NCBI GenBank assembly: GCA_041663105.1 | Contig: JBAZRB010000021.1 | Coordinates: 13,798-77,797, forward strand | DNA: 64,000 nt | Direction: 5' to 3' | Source of the DNA: Rhodanobacter sp. | Lineage (GTDB): Bacteria > Pseudomonadota > Gammaproteobacteria > Xanthomonadales > Rhodanobacteraceae | Part shown: piece by piece, positions 30,663 to 41,769 of the stretch | Layout: each line of letters starts with the position of its first letter | Numbering within the stretch: position 1 is the first letter of the stretch | Notes under the pieces: model-generated | The model's input: only the letters and a program-made list of their open reading frames with translations | Database searches by the model: none | Told to the model about the DNA's origin: nothing | Made by a program: the position numbers and the translations under genes

Positions 30663-31376
30663 TCAGCCGCGAAGGCTTTCCTGCAACTCGCCGTTGTGCA
30701 GCACCAGGGTGCGATCCATCCGCGCGGCCAATCGGCTGTCGTGGGTGACCAGGATGAAACTGGTGCCGATCTCCTGATTCAGTTCGAGCATCAAGGCATA
30801 GACCTGCGCAGCATTGCCCTCGTCCAGGTTGCCGGTGGGCTCATCGCCCAGCACGCAGGCAGGCCGGGTCACCAGCGCACGCGCCACGGCGCAGCGCTGG
30901 CGTTCGCCGCCGGACAGTTCGGACGGCTTGTGATGGGTGCGCTTGCCCAGGCCAACCCGCTCGAGCAGGGCCTGCGCCTGCTGTTGCGCCTCGGCGATCG
31001 CGGTGCCGCGAATCAGCAGCGGCATGCACACGTTCTCCAGCGCGGTGAACTCGGGCAGCAGATGGTGGAACTGATAGATGAAGCCCAGCGAGCGATTGCG
31101 CACGCGGCCACGCTCGGCATCGGAAAGGCTCGACAGGATGCGGCCGTCCACTTCGACTTCGCCGGCGGTGAGCGTGTCCAGCCCGCCGATGATGTGCAGC
31201 AAGGTGCTCTTGCCGGAGCCTGATGCACCGACGATGGCCATCGTCTCGCCGCGCTTCAGGCTGAAGCTGACATCGCTCAGCACCTGGGTGTGCAGGCCAC
31301 CTTCGTCATAGGTCTTGGCAACATGGCTGGCGCGCAGCACGTTTTCACTGGGGCTGTTCATGGCAGTCTTATTCAT
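30663..31376 (-). CDS. lolD: Lipoprotein-releasing system ATP-binding protein
   Basis: [30 protein letters not shown]. Start ambiguous (ATG 31376 or 31361). Confidence 0.9.
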   Translation of the reverse strand: MNKTAMNSPSENVLRASHVAKTYDEGGLHTQVLSDVSFSLKRGETMAIVGASGSGKSTLLHIIGGLDTLTAGEVEVDGRILSSLSDAERGRVRNRSLGFIYQFHHLLPEFTALENVCMPLLIRGTAIAEAQQQAQALLERVGLGKRTHHKPSELSGGERQRCAVARALVTRPACVLGDEPTGNLDEGNAAQVYALMLELNQEIGTSFILVTHDSRLAARMDRTLVLHNGELQESLRG

Positions 31377-32610
31377 AGCGCAGCGCCTGCGCCGGCTGCG
31401 TGCGCGATGCACGCCACGCGGGGTAGAGAGTGGCCAGCAGCGAGAAGGCGAAGGTCAGCAAGGCGACCCACACCACATCGTTCAGCTGCAGGCGGCTGGG
31501 AACCTCGCTGATGTAATAGACATCCGGCGAGAGAAAGGTGACGTGGAAGGTGTGCTCGATCCACTTGATGATGCCCGGCAGCTTCCACGACAACAGCGAG
31601 CCCAGGCCGACGCCCAGGCCGATGCCGACGAAACCCACCAGCAAGCCCTGCACCATGAAGACACCCATGATGCTGCGCGGCGTGGCGCCGAGCGTGCGCA
31701 GGATGGCGATGTCGGCCTGCTTGTCGGTGACCAGCATCATCAGCATCGAGATCAGGTTGATCACGGCCACCAGCACGATCAGCGACAGGATGATGAACAT
31801 CACCATCTTTTCCATCGACAGCGCATGGAACAGGTTGGCGTTGTCGTCCATCCAGGTCCGAATGCCATAGAACTGGCCAAGCTGGTCCGCCAGCTCGTGT
31901 GCTACCGGACGCGCGTTGAACAGGTCGTCCAGCTTCAGGCGAATGCCCGTCGGGCCGCTGAGGTCGTTGATCTTTTCCGCATCGCCGATGTTGACCAGGG
32001 CCAGGCCTGAGTCGAACTGTTCCATGCCCAGCTGGAACGTGCCGACCACATGGAAACTGCGGAACCGGGGTACGCCACCCATCGGCGTGGCGCGCATTTC
32101 CTGCACCGCCATGGTCACCCGGTCCCCCACGGAAACGCCGAGCTGGTTGGCCAGGTCGCGACCCAGCACGATATTCCAGCTACCCGGGGTCAGCTCACTG
32201 AGCTTGCCATCGACCATGTGCTGGCCGATGTCGACAACCTTGGACTCCTGCGCGGGGTCGATGCCGCGCACCAGCGCACCGCTGGAGCGCCGCGCCAGCA
32301 ACATGGCCTGCGATTCGACGAATGGCGCCGCGCCCAGCACGTGCGGATTGGCCTGCGCGATCTGCAGCGCCTTTGACACATCCTGGATGCTGCCGTCGAC
32401 GCTGGTGATGGTTGCCTGCGACACCGCACCAAGAATGCGAGACCTCATCTGGAAGTCGAATCCGTTCATCACCGACATCACCGTGATCAGCGCGATCACG
32501 CTGATCGCAATGCACACGATCGAGACGGTCGAGATAAACGAGATGAACTGGTTGCGTCGCTTGGCACGCGTGTAGCGCAGGCCGATGAAGAGCTCTAACG
32601 GTCGAAACAT
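31369..32610 (-). CDS. lolC: Lipoprotein-releasing system permease LolC/LolE
   Basis: FtsX/MacB-type permease, N-terminus [27 protein letters not shown]. Confidence 0.9.
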   Translation of the reverse strand: MFRPLELFIGLRYTRAKRRNQFISFISTVSIVCIAISVIALITVMSVMNGFDFQMRSRILGAVSQATITSVDGSIQDVSKALQIAQANPHVLGAAPFVESQAMLLARRSSGALVRGIDPAQESKVVDIGQHMVDGKLSELTPGSWNIVLGRDLANQLGVSVGDRVTMAVQEMRATPMGGVPRFRSFHVVGTFQLGMEQFDSGLALVNIGDAEKINDLSGPTGIRLKLDDLFNARPVAHELADQLGQFYGIRTWMDDNANLFHALSMEKMVMFIILSLIVLVAVINLISMLMMLVTDKQADIAILRTLGATPRSIMGVFMVQGLLVGFVGIGLGVGLGSLLSWKLPGIIKWIEHTFHVTFLSPDVYYISEVPSRLQLNDVVWVALLTFAFSLLATLYPAWRASRTQPAQALRYE

Positions 32611-32705
32611 GGGTGGTCGCTTGTGTGATCGCTGGGCAGGCCGCCCGGACAGGGATTATCAGCTATTCGAACAGACCGCGCTCGCTGCGCGAAGTTGCCT
32701 CGGGT

Positions 32706-33143
32706 TCACAACCGAGGCACGGCTTCACCCAGCGCCATCGTGGCCAGGCGCATGCGCAGGCGACGACGGATATCGGCATCGCTGTTGTCCGGCGCCAGCA
32801 ACAGCACATGCACCGCACGCGCTGGCGTCTTCAGGCGCAACAGCACGAACGGCCCCAGCACGCGGAACGAGGCCAGCGTGACCGGAACATCTTCGTGCCC
32901 CAAAAGGTGCAGGGTCCAGCCAGCGTCAGCACTCCAACCCGCAGCGGTTACCGATGTCATCGCAAGGTTGCACGCGGTGCGTGCCGTGGTCAGCGCGACC
33001 AGCAAGGCCAGCAGTGCTTGCTGCCACAGCTCCAGTCCACACAAGGCGACGGCGAGCAGCGCCAGGCAGGACATCAGCATCAGAGCCCTGCGAGGCAGCC
33101 ATGACGGCCGATACTCAAAGCCGATGGCGGGCGCGGATGTCAT
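32706..33143 (-). CDS. ygfX: YgfX/CptA-like inner-membrane protein
   Basis: Two TM helices and a C-terminal LLRL...LLLAPDNSDADIRRRLRMRL resembling E. coli YgfX. Overlaps sdhE by 29 nt. Confidence 0.65.
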   Translation of the reverse strand: MTSAPAIGFEYRPSWLPRRALMLMSCLALLAVALCGLELWQQALLALLVALTTARTACNLAMTSVTAAGWSADAGWTLHLLGHEDVPVTLASFRVLGPFVLLRLKTPARAVHVLLLAPDNSDADIRRRLRMRLATMALGEAVPRL

Positions 33144-33372
33144 CGATGATCGCCTGCCAGTCTGCCCGCTCGGGCCGCGCGTGGCCCATCACCCAGTCCC
33201 ACAGATCAGGGTCCTGCACGTCGAGCAGCTCGTCGAATGCCTGTTGCGTGGCCTCGTCGGCACTGGCAAAATGCTCCTCCAGCCAACCGCCGAACAGCGC
33301 GTCCAGTTCGCGCGTACCACGGCGAGTGCGCCAGCGCAGGCGCTTGATTCGAGCAGCATCCATAAGTTCCAT
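33115..33372 (-). CDS. sdhE: FAD assembly factor SdhE (YgfY)
   Basis: 85 aa with the conserved RLRWRTRRGTRELD (RGxxE) motif. Confidence 0.88.
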   Translation of the reverse strand: MELMDAARIKRLRWRTRRGTRELDALFGGWLEEHFASADEATQQAFDELLDVQDPDLWDWVMGHARPERADWQAIIDDIRARHRL

Positions 33373-33451
33373 CGCGTGAAGCGCCTCCCTGGCCTGCCTC
33401 GCCCCGATGGGAGAGGCACTGCGTGTCGTCGCCTACCGGCGACGACGGTGC

Positions 33452-34234
33452 TTACAGGCCGCGACGCACGAGCATCAACTGCTTGATCTCGGCAATCGCC
33501 TTGGCCGGGTTCAGGCCTTTCGGGCAGGTGCGCGTGCAGTTCATGATGGTGTGGCAGCGGTAGAGCTTGAACGGATCCTCGAGATCGTCCAGCCGCGCGC
33601 CGGTGTCCTCATCGCGACTGTCGACGATCCAGCGATACGCCTGCAGCAGAATGGCCGGGCCGAGATACTTGTCGCCGTTCCACCAGTAACTTGGGCAACT
33701 GGTCGAGCAGCAGGCGCACAGGATGCACTCGTACAGACCGTCGAGCTTCTTGCGCTCTTCGGGCGACTGCAGCCGCTCGCGCGCTGGCGCAGGGCTCTGC
33801 GTACGAAGCCATGGCTTGATCGAGGCGAACTGCGCGTAGAAGTGGGTCAGATCCGGCACCAGATCCTTCACCACCGGCATGTGCGGCAGCGGATAGATCT
33901 TCACGTCACCCGAGTCGCACTCACCGATGGCCTTGGTGCAGGCCAGCGTGTTGGTGCCATCGATGTTCATCGCGCAGGAACCGCAGATGCCTTCGCGGCA
34001 GGAGCGACGCAAGGTGAGGGTGGGGTCAATCTCGTTCTTGATCTTCAGCAGCGCGTCCAGAACCATCGGGCCGCAGGACGCCAGATCGACCTCGTAGGTG
34101 TCGATGCGCGGATTCTGTCCATCATCGGGCGACCAGCGATAGATGCGGAAGGTACGCGGCTTCTTTGCGCCCTTGGCCGGGAAATGCTTGCCCGGCTGGA
34201 TCTTCGAATTTTTCGGTAGCGAAAACTCTGCCAT
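33452..34234 (-). CDS. sdhB: Succinate dehydrogenase iron-sulfur subunit
   Basis: Three Fe-S cluster Cys motifs ([35 protein letters not shown]). Confidence 0.95.
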   Translation of the reverse strand: MAEFSLPKNSKIQPGKHFPAKGAKKPRTFRIYRWSPDDGQNPRIDTYEVDLASCGPMVLDALLKIKNEIDPTLTLRRSCREGICGSCAMNIDGTNTLACTKAIGECDSGDVKIYPLPHMPVVKDLVPDLTHFYAQFASIKPWLRTQSPAPARERLQSPEERKKLDGLYECILCACCSTSCPSYWWNGDKYLGPAILLQAYRWIVDSRDEDTGARLDDLEDPFKLYRCHTIMNCTRTCPKGLNPAKAIAEIKQLMLVRRGL

Positions 34235-34328
34235 GTGCTGAACCCTTCAACTTTCTGCAGGAGGGCTTGCGCCCCGTCCGTACAACCAATGATGCACTCG
34301 CCACGAGGCGGCAACCGCCGCCCGTGGA

Positions 34329-36116
34329 TCAGTAGACGCGTTTCGCCGGCGGCACGGCCTTGACCTCGTCGGTCATCGGATTCAGGTGCACCGGTCGCGA
34401 GTCGAAGCGTGGCTTGCCTGCTTCATCGACCCAGACCAGGGTGTGCTTCAACCAGTTGACGTCGTCGCGCTCGGGGAAATCCTCGCGCGCATGGCCGCCG
34501 CGGCTTTCCGGGCGCTGCTCGGCCGAATGCATGGTGGCGACCGCCTGATCGAGCAGGTTGGCCAGCTCCAGCGTTTCGATCAGGTCCGAGTTCCAGACCA
34601 GCGAGCGATCGCTGACATGGACGTCCTTGAACGAATCACGCACGGCGGAAATTTTCTCGCAGCCTTCCTTCAGCGTGACGCCGGTGCGGAACACCGCCGC
34701 ATCGCTCTGCATGATCTTCTGCATCTCCAGGCGGATCTGCGCAGTCGGCTTGCTGCCGTTGGCGTTGCGCAGGCTGTCGAAACGCGCCAGTGCCTTGTCC
34801 AGCACGTTGGTCGGCAGATCCTTGTGCGCGGTCTCGGGCTTGATCAGCTCGGCGCAACGGTGTGCAACGGCCCGGCCAAACACCACCAGGTCCAGCAGCG
34901 AGTTGGAGCCGAGGCGGTTGGCGCCATGCACCGACACGCACGCTGCCTCACCAATGGCGAACAGGCCCGGCACGACGGCATCGACGTCGTCGCCACGCTT
35001 CTGCACGACTTCGCCATGGTAGTTGGTGGGGATGCCGCCCATGTTGTAGTGCACCGTGGGAAGGACCGGAATCGGCTCTTTGGTCACGTCCACGCCGGCG
35101 AAGATGCGCGCCGACTCGGCGATACCTGGCAGCCGCTCATTGATCACGTCCGGCCCCAGATGCATCAGGTTGATGTAAATGTGATCCTTGTTCTCGCCGA
35201 CACCGCGACCTTCGCGGATTTCCAGCGTCATCGCGCGACTGACCACGTCGCGTGATGCCAGATCCTTGGCGCTGGGCGCGTAGCGCTCCATGAAACGCTC
35301 GCCGTTGGAATTGGTCAGGTAACCACCCTCGCCTCGCACACCTTCGGTGATCAGGCAGCCGGCGCCATAGATGCCGGTCGGATGGAACTGCACGAACTCC
35401 ATGTCCTGCAACGCGAGACCGGCGCGCAACACCATGCCACCACCGTCGCCGGTACAGGTATGCGCCGAGGTGGCACTGAAATAGGCACGACCATAGCCAC
35501 CGGTCGCCATCACCACCGCGTGGCCGCGGAAGAAATGCAGGCTGCCCTCGTTCATGTCCAGCGCCAGCACGCCACGACAGACGCCTTCGGCATCGAAGAT
35601 CAAGTCGATCGCGAAGTACTCAATGAAAAAGGTGGCGTCATGCGCCAGCGCCTGCTGGTATAGCGTATGCAAGATCGCGTGACCGGTACGATCAGCCGCC
35701 GCGCAGGTGCGCTGCGCGGTGCCCTTGCCGTAATGCGTGGTCATGCCGCCGAACGGGCGCTGGTAGATCTTGCCCTCGTCGGTGCGCGAGAACGGCACGC
35801 CATAGTGTTCAAGCTCGAGGATCGACGGAATCGCCTCGCGGCACATGTATTCAATCGCGTCCTGGTCGCCGAGCCAGTCCGAACCCTTGACGGTGTCGTA
35901 GAAGTGGAAGCGCCAGTCGTCCTCACCCATGTTGCCCAGCGCAGCGGAAATGCCGCCCTGCGCGGCCACCGTGTGCGAGCGGGTGGGAAATACCTTGGTG
36001 ATGCAGGCGGCCTTCAGGCCCTTCTCGGCGAGACCGAAGGTGGCGCGCAGCCCGGCGCCACCGGCGCCAACCACGATCACGTCATAGAGATGCTGCTGGA
36101 TCTTGTAGCTTTCCAT
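34329..36116 (-). CDS. sdhA: Succinate dehydrogenase flavoprotein subunit
   Basis: [14 protein letters not shown] fold, the [10 protein letters not shown] covalent-FAD His region, full-length family match. Confidence 0.96.
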   Translation of the reverse strand: MESYKIQQHLYDVIVVGAGGAGLRATFGLAEKGLKAACITKVFPTRSHTVAAQGGISAALGNMGEDDWRFHFYDTVKGSDWLGDQDAIEYMCREAIPSILELEHYGVPFSRTDEGKIYQRPFGGMTTHYGKGTAQRTCAAADRTGHAILHTLYQQALAHDATFFIEYFAIDLIFDAEGVCRGVLALDMNEGSLHFFRGHAVVMATGGYGRAYFSATSAHTCTGDGGGMVLRAGLALQDMEFVQFHPTGIYGAGCLITEGVRGEGGYLTNSNGERFMERYAPSAKDLASRDVVSRAMTLEIREGRGVGENKDHIYINLMHLGPDVINERLPGIAESARIFAGVDVTKEPIPVLPTVHYNMGGIPTNYHGEVVQKRGDDVDAVVPGLFAIGEAACVSVHGANRLGSNSLLDLVVFGRAVAHRCAELIKPETAHKDLPTNVLDKALARFDSLRNANGSKPTAQIRLEMQKIMQSDAAVFRTGVTLKEGCEKISAVRDSFKDVHVSDRSLVWNSDLIETLELANLLDQAVATMHSAEQRPESRGGHAREDFPERDDVNWLKHTLVWVDEAGKPRFDSRPVHLNPMTDEVKAVPPAKRVY

Positions 36117-36135
36117 GAAACCTATTCCTCGCGTC

Positions 36136-36540
36136 TTATGGGGTCAGCGCAATGCGCAGTACGGCCAGCACGCTTGCGAGCGCGCCGAGTACCGCAAGGA
36201 ACTTGATCGCCACCAGCAGGACGACTTCCTTCCAGCGGGTATGCACATAGTCCTCGATCACCACCTGCAGGCCGAGCACGGCGTGCCAGAACATGATGAG
36301 TACGAAGGCAATCAGCAGCAAGGCATTCCATGGCCTGGCCACGGTGGCGCGAGCGGTCGCGTAATCGGCATGCAGCAGGCACAGCGCGGTTGCGACAAAC
36401 CACACGACCAGCAACACCAGGGCAGCAGCAGTCAGACGCTGGGTCCACCAGTGACCGACGCCCGACTGCGACGAACCGAGTCCGCGAGCGATCTTCAGAG
36501 CGTTGCGACGATCCTTCACGATGACGTCCTTTGCGCTCAT
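36136..36540 (-). CDS. sdhD: Succinate dehydrogenase membrane anchor subunit
   Basis: 134-aa 3-TM protein starting MSAKDV. 4-nt overlap with sdhC. Confidence 0.85.
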   Translation of the reverse strand: MSAKDVIVKDRRNALKIARGLGSSQSGVGHWWTQRLTAAALVLLVVWFVATALCLLHADYATARATVARPWNALLLIAFVLIMFWHAVLGLQVVIEDYVHTRWKEVVLLVAIKFLAVLGALASVLAVLRIALTP

Positions 36541-36932
36541 GCGGCACCTCCCTGCATCAAGACATATGCCCACACCAGCACGGTCAGCACGATGCTGGCA
36601 GCGATCGACAACCAGTTGGAGCGCAGGAACTGGGGAATTTCGAAACCGAAACCGGCGTCCTGCAGCAAGTGGCGGATGCCGTTGCACAGGTGATAGAACA
36701 AGGCCCAACTCCAGCCGAACAGGAGGATCAAGCCGAGTGGACTGCCGGCGACTCCCTTGAAATGCGCGTAACTTTCCTCGCCCGCGGCCAGTTGTACCAG
36801 ACCTGCGACGACGAGCAGGGTGCCTGCCGCCAGAGCGACTCCGGTGATGCGGTGCACGATGGAGGACATCATCTGCACTTGCCACTTGTAGATCTGCAAA
36901 TGCGGTGAAAGCGGTCGTTGGGTGTCTGCCAT
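36537..36932 (-). CDS. sdhC: Succinate dehydrogenase cytochrome b556 subunit
   Basis: RPLSPHLQIYKW motif. ATG at 36932 chosen. Confidence 0.85.
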   Translation of the reverse strand: MADTQRPLSPHLQIYKWQVQMMSSIVHRITGVALAAGTLLVVAGLVQLAAGEESYAHFKGVAGSPLGLILLFGWSWALFYHLCNGIRHLLQDAGFGFEIPQFLRSNWLSIAASIVLTVLVWAYVLMQGGAA

Positions 36933-37019
36933 GGCGGCTATCCTGAGTGGAATCGCTGGTGTCCGCGCCACACCGGCCCTGTTTGAAACGCACCCGGCGA
37001 CGAGCGCCGTTGCGTCCGT

Positions 37020-37187
37020 TCAGAAGTCGATGCAGCGGCCGTTCTTTTCCCAGTCGCCGTAGCGGGTGGGATCAGGAGCAGGCCGATCTCCAGCCGTCTT
37101 TTCCTTGACCGACGTGACTGGCACGACAGTGGCTTCCGCGGGAACGGAGGCAGGTGCGGGCTGAGCTGGAGAAGTGGTATCGGACAT
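37020..37187 (-). CDS. DUF1674 (SDHAF4-like) small protein
   Basis: 55 aa ending ...DPTRYGDWEKNGRCIDF, the family's signature C-terminus. Confidence 0.7.
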   Translation of the reverse strand: MSDTTSPAQPAPASVPAEATVVPVTSVKEKTAGDRPAPDPTRYGDWEKNGRCIDF

Positions 37188-37317
37188 GGTTTTTGTTAGC
37201 CTGCGAAGATTAATACTTGCGGCATAGCAGCACAACCTTCGACCATCGCGGCGTGCAGCCGAGCAACCTGTCCACGTCACTTGTGTTTGTGTGCGCCGCC
37301 CCCAAGATGAGTCGCCT

Positions 37318-38121
37318 ATGTCGAACCATCATTCCGCAGAGACCGTATTGCTCGACGGCCCCGACGCCCGGGCGTTCGCGCATGCCCAGTTCAGCAGCAA
37401 GGTTGACTCACTCGCCACCGGACAATGGCAGTTCAGCGCATGGCTTGATCCTCAGGGTCGCGTGCGCGCGCTCTTTCATCTGGTCCGACTCGAAGACGAG
37501 CGCTATCTGCTGATGCTTCGCGGCGGTGACGCCCTCACGCTGGCCGCGGCGCTGCAGCGCTTCGTGTTTCGTTCGAAGGTCGCTGTGACGGCCATGGAGC
37601 CACGCCTGCTGACAACCGGGCCGGCGATGCCCCTGCATGAGATCAGGCAAGAGCAAGACGTACTGACACTTGCTTGTGGCGATCACAGCGTGGAAATTTC
37701 AACCAGCGGCATCAAAGATGACGCGTGGCGGTTGCCACAGTTGCATGCAGGCTGGCCCTGGTTGATTCCGGCGAATGCGCGCGAATTTCTTCCCGCTGCG
37801 CTCTCGTTGCAACGACTGGGCGCCGTCGCGGTGGACAAAGGTTGCTACCCCGGCCAGGAAATTGTGGCGAGACTGCATTTTCGCGGCGGCCACAAACGGC
37901 ACTTGCATCGCGGCAGATTGTCGCAAGCTGTGAACATCGGTGACGCACTTCTTGCCGAAGGACGCGAGGTCGGCCACGTGCTTGACCGCATTCACACATC
38001 GCATGGAAACGAAGCACTGCTGATTCTCAACGACGACATTGTCGAACAGGTTTACGCAGGGATTTTCTCCATGTTCGACAACCATCTCGCCCTTGAACTG
38101 GAGGCCTCCTGGCCCGCATGA
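37318..38121 (+). CDS. ygfZ: Folate-binding Fe-S cluster repair / tRNA-modification protein YgfZ
   Basis: Conserved KGCYPGQEIVAR motif. Confidence 0.85.
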   Translation: MSNHHSAETVLLDGPDARAFAHAQFSSKVDSLATGQWQFSAWLDPQGRVRALFHLVRLEDERYLLMLRGGDALTLAAALQRFVFRSKVAVTAMEPRLLTTGPAMPLHEIRQEQDVLTLACGDHSVEISTSGIKDDAWRLPQLHAGWPWLIPANAREFLPAALSLQRLGAVAVDKGCYPGQEIVARLHFRGGHKRHLHRGRLSQAVNIGDALLAEGREVGHVLDRIHTSHGNEALLILNDDIVEQVYAGIFSMFDNHLALELEASWPA

Positions 38122-38582
38122 AGACGGCAACTCAAGCCGCAAGAAATTGTCAACGAATCGTGAGCAAAAGCTAAATCCGAAGCACCCGGCACTTGCCAGT
38201 GGAGGAATCCGCCACTACGCTCCGTCGATCGAATATCGCGGCATCCGGAAAACGGGGTGCCGATACACGCGACGAACCGGAAGAGTCCGGATCGGCGCGA
38301 CCCGACGTGAAAATATCGGATGGAACAACGCCTCGCTTCCAACGAGTGCGCACAAGTTGCAGGCAACACGGCCAAACCGGCCCGCGCAACGCCAAGGCAA
38401 CAAGTATCCCGATCGGCATTGAACCGCCGCTCGACCCGCCACAATCCTGTGGCAAAGCGTGATGACCACAAGTTTCGGTCGTCGCGACAGATCCAGGTGG
38501 AACGGCCTGCCCGCCCGTCCACCGCAACGGCGCTCAAAGCTTTCAGTCTGCTTTGCGCGTACAGCACGTTGGAGGCAGAACC

Positions 38583-39017
38583 ATGAAACTTTCCATGTTG
38601 TTATGGCTGACATCGCTTTTACCTCAGCCCGTGGCCGACCATGCCTGTCTGGCCACCACCGTTTACCTTGAAGCTCGCAGCCAGCCGACCAACGGTCAAC
38701 TGGCCGTCGCCGAGGTAGCAATGCGCCGTCTTGATCGTGGCCAATACGGCAAGACCGTCTGCCAGGTTGTGACAGCTCCACACCAGTTCGCTACCACTAC
38801 CACCAGCGGCGCATTTGAAATCAGCAATTTCGATGCTTTCGACAAAGCATGGGATATCGCCGGAAGGTCGATCCGCAACTGGCAGCTACCGGCGGCCCAA
38901 CGCCGCATGCTGGTGCCCCGCGCCGATCATTTTGCGACGACATCCATCTCGCCTTCATGGTCACACAATCGCCCGAGCGTAACCATTGGCGACCATGCTT
39001 TCTACGCAGTCAACTGA
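38583..39017 (+). CDS. SleB-type cell wall hydrolase domain protein
   Basis: Signal peptide; motifs LATTVYLEARSQP, VAEVAMRR, VVTAPHQF, HAFY typical of Hydrolase_2. Confidence 0.75.
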   Translation: MKLSMLLWLTSLLPQPVADHACLATTVYLEARSQPTNGQLAVAEVAMRRLDRGQYGKTVCQVVTAPHQFATTTTSGAFEISNFDAFDKAWDIAGRSIRNWQLPAAQRRMLVPRADHFATTSISPSWSHNRPSVTIGDHAFYAVN

Positions 39018-39030
39018 CAGCATGAAGTGA

Positions 39031-39061
39031 AAAAAAAGGCCATCGGAAGATGGCCTTTTTG
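39031..39061. terminator. Bidirectional rho-independent terminator
   Basis: A-run, stem ggccatc/gatggcc with GGAA loop, then TTTTT. Lies between convergent genes. Confidence 0.75.
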
Positions 39062-39100
39062 GGACGTATAAACATCCAAACATGATCACCTTGTCATTGA

Positions 39101-39586
39101 TCAGCGCGGGTAGACATGACCCCCGCGAACTTCGACGTAGTCGCCATGGCGAACGCCCGGATTCTCCCGCTGGGTCACCGTTGCGTACTGGCCGTCATCA
39201 AGCCGTACGACGATGCGCCAGGCGGGCGTATCGCCACTATTGGCCTTGCCGACCTGGTTACCGACTACGCCGCCAGCAACCGCGCCGACAACGGTAGCTG
39301 CCTTTCGGCCATCGCCCTTGCCCACCGTATTGCCGAGAACACCGCCGGCTACCGCGCCGATGATTGCACCGAGCGTGCCGCCATTGCCGCTCCCCTGGAT
39401 ATAAACCTGCTGCACTTCCTGGACCACTCCGCAGGAGCGGCATTGCACACTCTGGTTCGTGTATCCACCGGGGGCCGCGTAACCACGGTTGTAGTTGCTG
39501 CCCTGGGGCGCCGTAACGCAACCGGAGAGCGCAAGACCGGCCGCAAGCGTACCGGCCAGCGCGAATTTCGTGGTGAGTGAATTCAT
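39101..39586 (-). CDS. Glycine-zipper 2TM outer-membrane lipoprotein (SlyB/17-kDa antigen-like)
   Basis: Lipobox LALSGC. Gly-zipper GAIIGAVAGGVLGNTVG and VGAVAGGVVGNQVG. Confidence 0.75.
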   Translation of the reverse strand: MNSLTTKFALAGTLAAGLALSGCVTAPQGSNYNRGYAAPGGYTNQSVQCRSCGVVQEVQQVYIQGSGNGGTLGAIIGAVAGGVLGNTVGKGDGRKAATVVGAVAGGVVGNQVGKANSGDTPAWRIVVRLDDGQYATVTQRENPGVRHGDYVEVRGGHVYPR

Positions 39587-39615
39587 GGACTGGATTCCTT
39601 TTTCATGGAAAAAAT

Positions 39616-40197
39616 TCAACGCGCATCGGATACCGCGGTCACACCCTCCTGAACCTGAACCTTGTCGCCCGGGTCATGATCCATCCGCACCGTGCGAGCG
39701 ACACCTTTGTAAACGTACTTCACGTCGTAGCCGACGATCTTGTTGCTGGTGTCATTCACTGTTGAGCATTTGCGCTCGACCGACGTGGTGACCTGCGGGT
39801 GTTGACGACTTGCCTCAATGCGGTTGCCGGCATATCCGCCACCAACAGCGCCAGCGACCGTGGCAAGCGTCTTGCCCCTGCCCCCTCCCACCTGGTGTCC
39901 AAGCAAACCACCTGCAACCGCACCGATCGCGGTGCCCACGATGCGGTGCTGGTCCTTGGGCGGTGCGGTGTGCGTCACCGTTTCATCGCGACAGACCTGG
40001 CGCGGGTGGTTTGAACTGGAACGTACGGGCTCAACATCGACCACCCTGGCATATTTGACCCCCGCATCCGCGCTCATGCCTGTATCCGCCGTGCCGTTGT
40101 CGACACCTGCATCGGCCTCGCGGTTGCAGCCCGAAAGACCCACGAGAAGGGCCGCCGCTATTCCAAAGGGCAATGCCCTCGCCATCATCTTGTTCAT
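39616..40197 (-). CDS. Glycine-zipper 2TM lipoprotein
   Basis: Lipobox LVGLSGC. Gly-zipper GTAIGAVAGGLLGHQVG and VAGAVGGGYAGN. Confidence 0.7.
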   Translation of the reverse strand: MNKMMARALPFGIAAALLVGLSGCNREADAGVDNGTADTGMSADAGVKYARVVDVEPVRSSSNHPRQVCRDETVTHTAPPKDQHRIVGTAIGAVAGGLLGHQVGGGRGKTLATVAGAVGGGYAGNRIEASRQHPQVTTSVERKCSTVNDTSNKIVGYDVKYVYKGVARTVRMDHDPGDKVQVQEGVTAVSDAR

Positions 40198-40365
40198 CAG
40201 CACACTCTCCCATTTTTGCTTGTCGTGCCTCGCGAGGCTCCGCGGAACGCAATTACCTGCGAGGCATTGAACACGTATACAACTGAATACGAGCTAGCTC
40301 ATACCCGTTACATTATCTTCACGAAAGCGTCGCCTGACGCTCGATCCGTTCATGGAATCCGCTGC

Positions 40366-41175
40366 ATGCCTCGACTCATCGACAGCCACGTCCATCTGGA
40401 TGACGACGCCTTTGCCTGCGATCGTGATGCCGTCATTGATCGTGCTTTTCAGGCGGGCGTCGACTCGATGATCGTCCCCGGGGTTGATTTCGAAAGCTGG
40501 GTGCGAATCCGCGAACTGGCCGACCATCGCCCCGAAATCCACCCTGCCTATGGCCTGCATCCCATGTTCCTGGCCAACCATGCACCCGAACATGTCGACG
40601 CACTGTCTTCATGGCTCGATGCCTCCCGCGTCGTCGCGGTCGGGGAGATCGGGCTGGACTTTCATGTGGACGGACTGGATCACGACCAGCAGCGGCTGTA
40701 TTTCACCCGTCAGCTGGAACTGGCGCGCGAGCGCAAGCTGCCGGTGATCGTGCATGCGCGCGGGGCACTGGAAGAAGTGAGTCTTACCCTGCGCCGCACC
40801 GGCGCCATGGCCGGCGTGGTCCACAGTTTTTCCGGCAGCGAGCAGCAGGCACGGCATTTGTGGGATATCGGCTTTCACCTTGGCATTGGCGGCCCGGTCA
40901 CTTACGAACGGGCGCAACGACTGCGTCGAATCGTTGCCAGCATGCCCATTGAATTCCTGTTGCTGGAAAGCGATGCCCCGGACCAGCCTGACGCGGCGCA
41001 CCGTGGCGAACGCAACGAGCCGGCTCGCGTGGCGGAAGTGCTGCGCTGCGTCGCGGGCCTGCGAGGCGAAACCGAGGCTGAAGTGGCCCACGCCACCAGC
41101 GCCAATGCAAGACGCTTGTTCAATCTCGACGCTCCGTTGCCCGGTCGCCTGCCGCCGCAGCCAACCATCCTCTGA
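40366..41175 (+). CDS. tatD: TatD-family metal-dependent hydrolase
   Basis: IDSHVHLD, GEIGLDFH, VIVHAR, VVHSFSG, LLESDAPD motifs. Confidence 0.9.
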   Translation: MPRLIDSHVHLDDDAFACDRDAVIDRAFQAGVDSMIVPGVDFESWVRIRELADHRPEIHPAYGLHPMFLANHAPEHVDALSSWLDASRVVAVGEIGLDFHVDGLDHDQQRLYFTRQLELARERKLPVIVHARGALEEVSLTLRRTGAMAGVVHSFSGSEQQARHLWDIGFHLGIGGPVTYERAQRLRRIVASMPIEFLLLESDAPDQPDAAHRGERNEPARVAEVLRCVAGLRGETEAEVAHATSANARRLFNLDAPLPGRLPPQPTIL

Positions 41176-41244
41176 AATGCTGCTTGCCGCCTGCGCTCGC
41201 GGCTTGCTACCTTTTACTTCATTAATGAAATATGACTTGGTGAA

Positions 41245-41769
41245 ATGGCACGCCTGACACACTGCATCATGCTGATGGATGAAGGTATCGAACGGGTGAA
41301 CCAGATCATCCCGTCGCTGCCTGCCATGGAGGCGCGACTGTGCCGATTGGCGTTGATGACGGGCAGCCGCATGGAAGAGGGACTGGCCGCAAAACTCAAG
41401 CCATACAAGCTCAATCACAGCGAGTTCCTCACCCTGATGATCCTTTACAGCCGGCCGCACGGCAGCTCGACACCGGGTGAGCTGTGCGAGTTGGCGACCC
41501 AGGGCGCAACCAACATGACCCGGATTGCCAACACCCTGGTCAAACGCGGCCTGATTACGCGCGGCTCCAGCGAGGAAGACCGCCGGCGCGTGCAGATTCG
41601 CATGACCGCAGCCGGTCAGCGCTTCGTGCAGCAGATGTTTCCACCGATGTTCCCGCACATCGACGGCCTGTTCACCGACTTCAGCGAAGCCGACAAACGC
41701 CAACTGGGTCGACTGCTGCGCAAGCTGGCGAGGAATATCGATGAGATCAACGAAGCCCCCATGCCATGA
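41245..41769 (+). CDS. MarR-family regulator (EmrR-like) of the downstream efflux operon
   Basis: Winged-helix MarR core. ATGA-type overlap with the OMF gene. Confidence 0.85.
   Translation: MARLTHCIMLMDEGIERVNQIIPSLPAMEARLCRLALMTGSRMEEGLAAKLKPYKLNHSEFLTLMILYSRPHGSSTPGELCELATQGATNMTRIANTLVKRGLITRGSSEEDRRRVQIRMTAAGQRFVQQMFPPMFPHIDGLFTDFSEADKRQLGRLLRKLARNIDEINEAPMP

Noticed and set aside
38122-38582. c-di-AMP (ydaO-type) riboswitch or 6S RNA upstream of the cell-wall hydrolase
   Set aside because: Only vague resemblance (ACGGGGUG, CCCGA). I could not assemble the conserved motifs or the closing stems by eye. It needs a covariance-model search, so it is not called.
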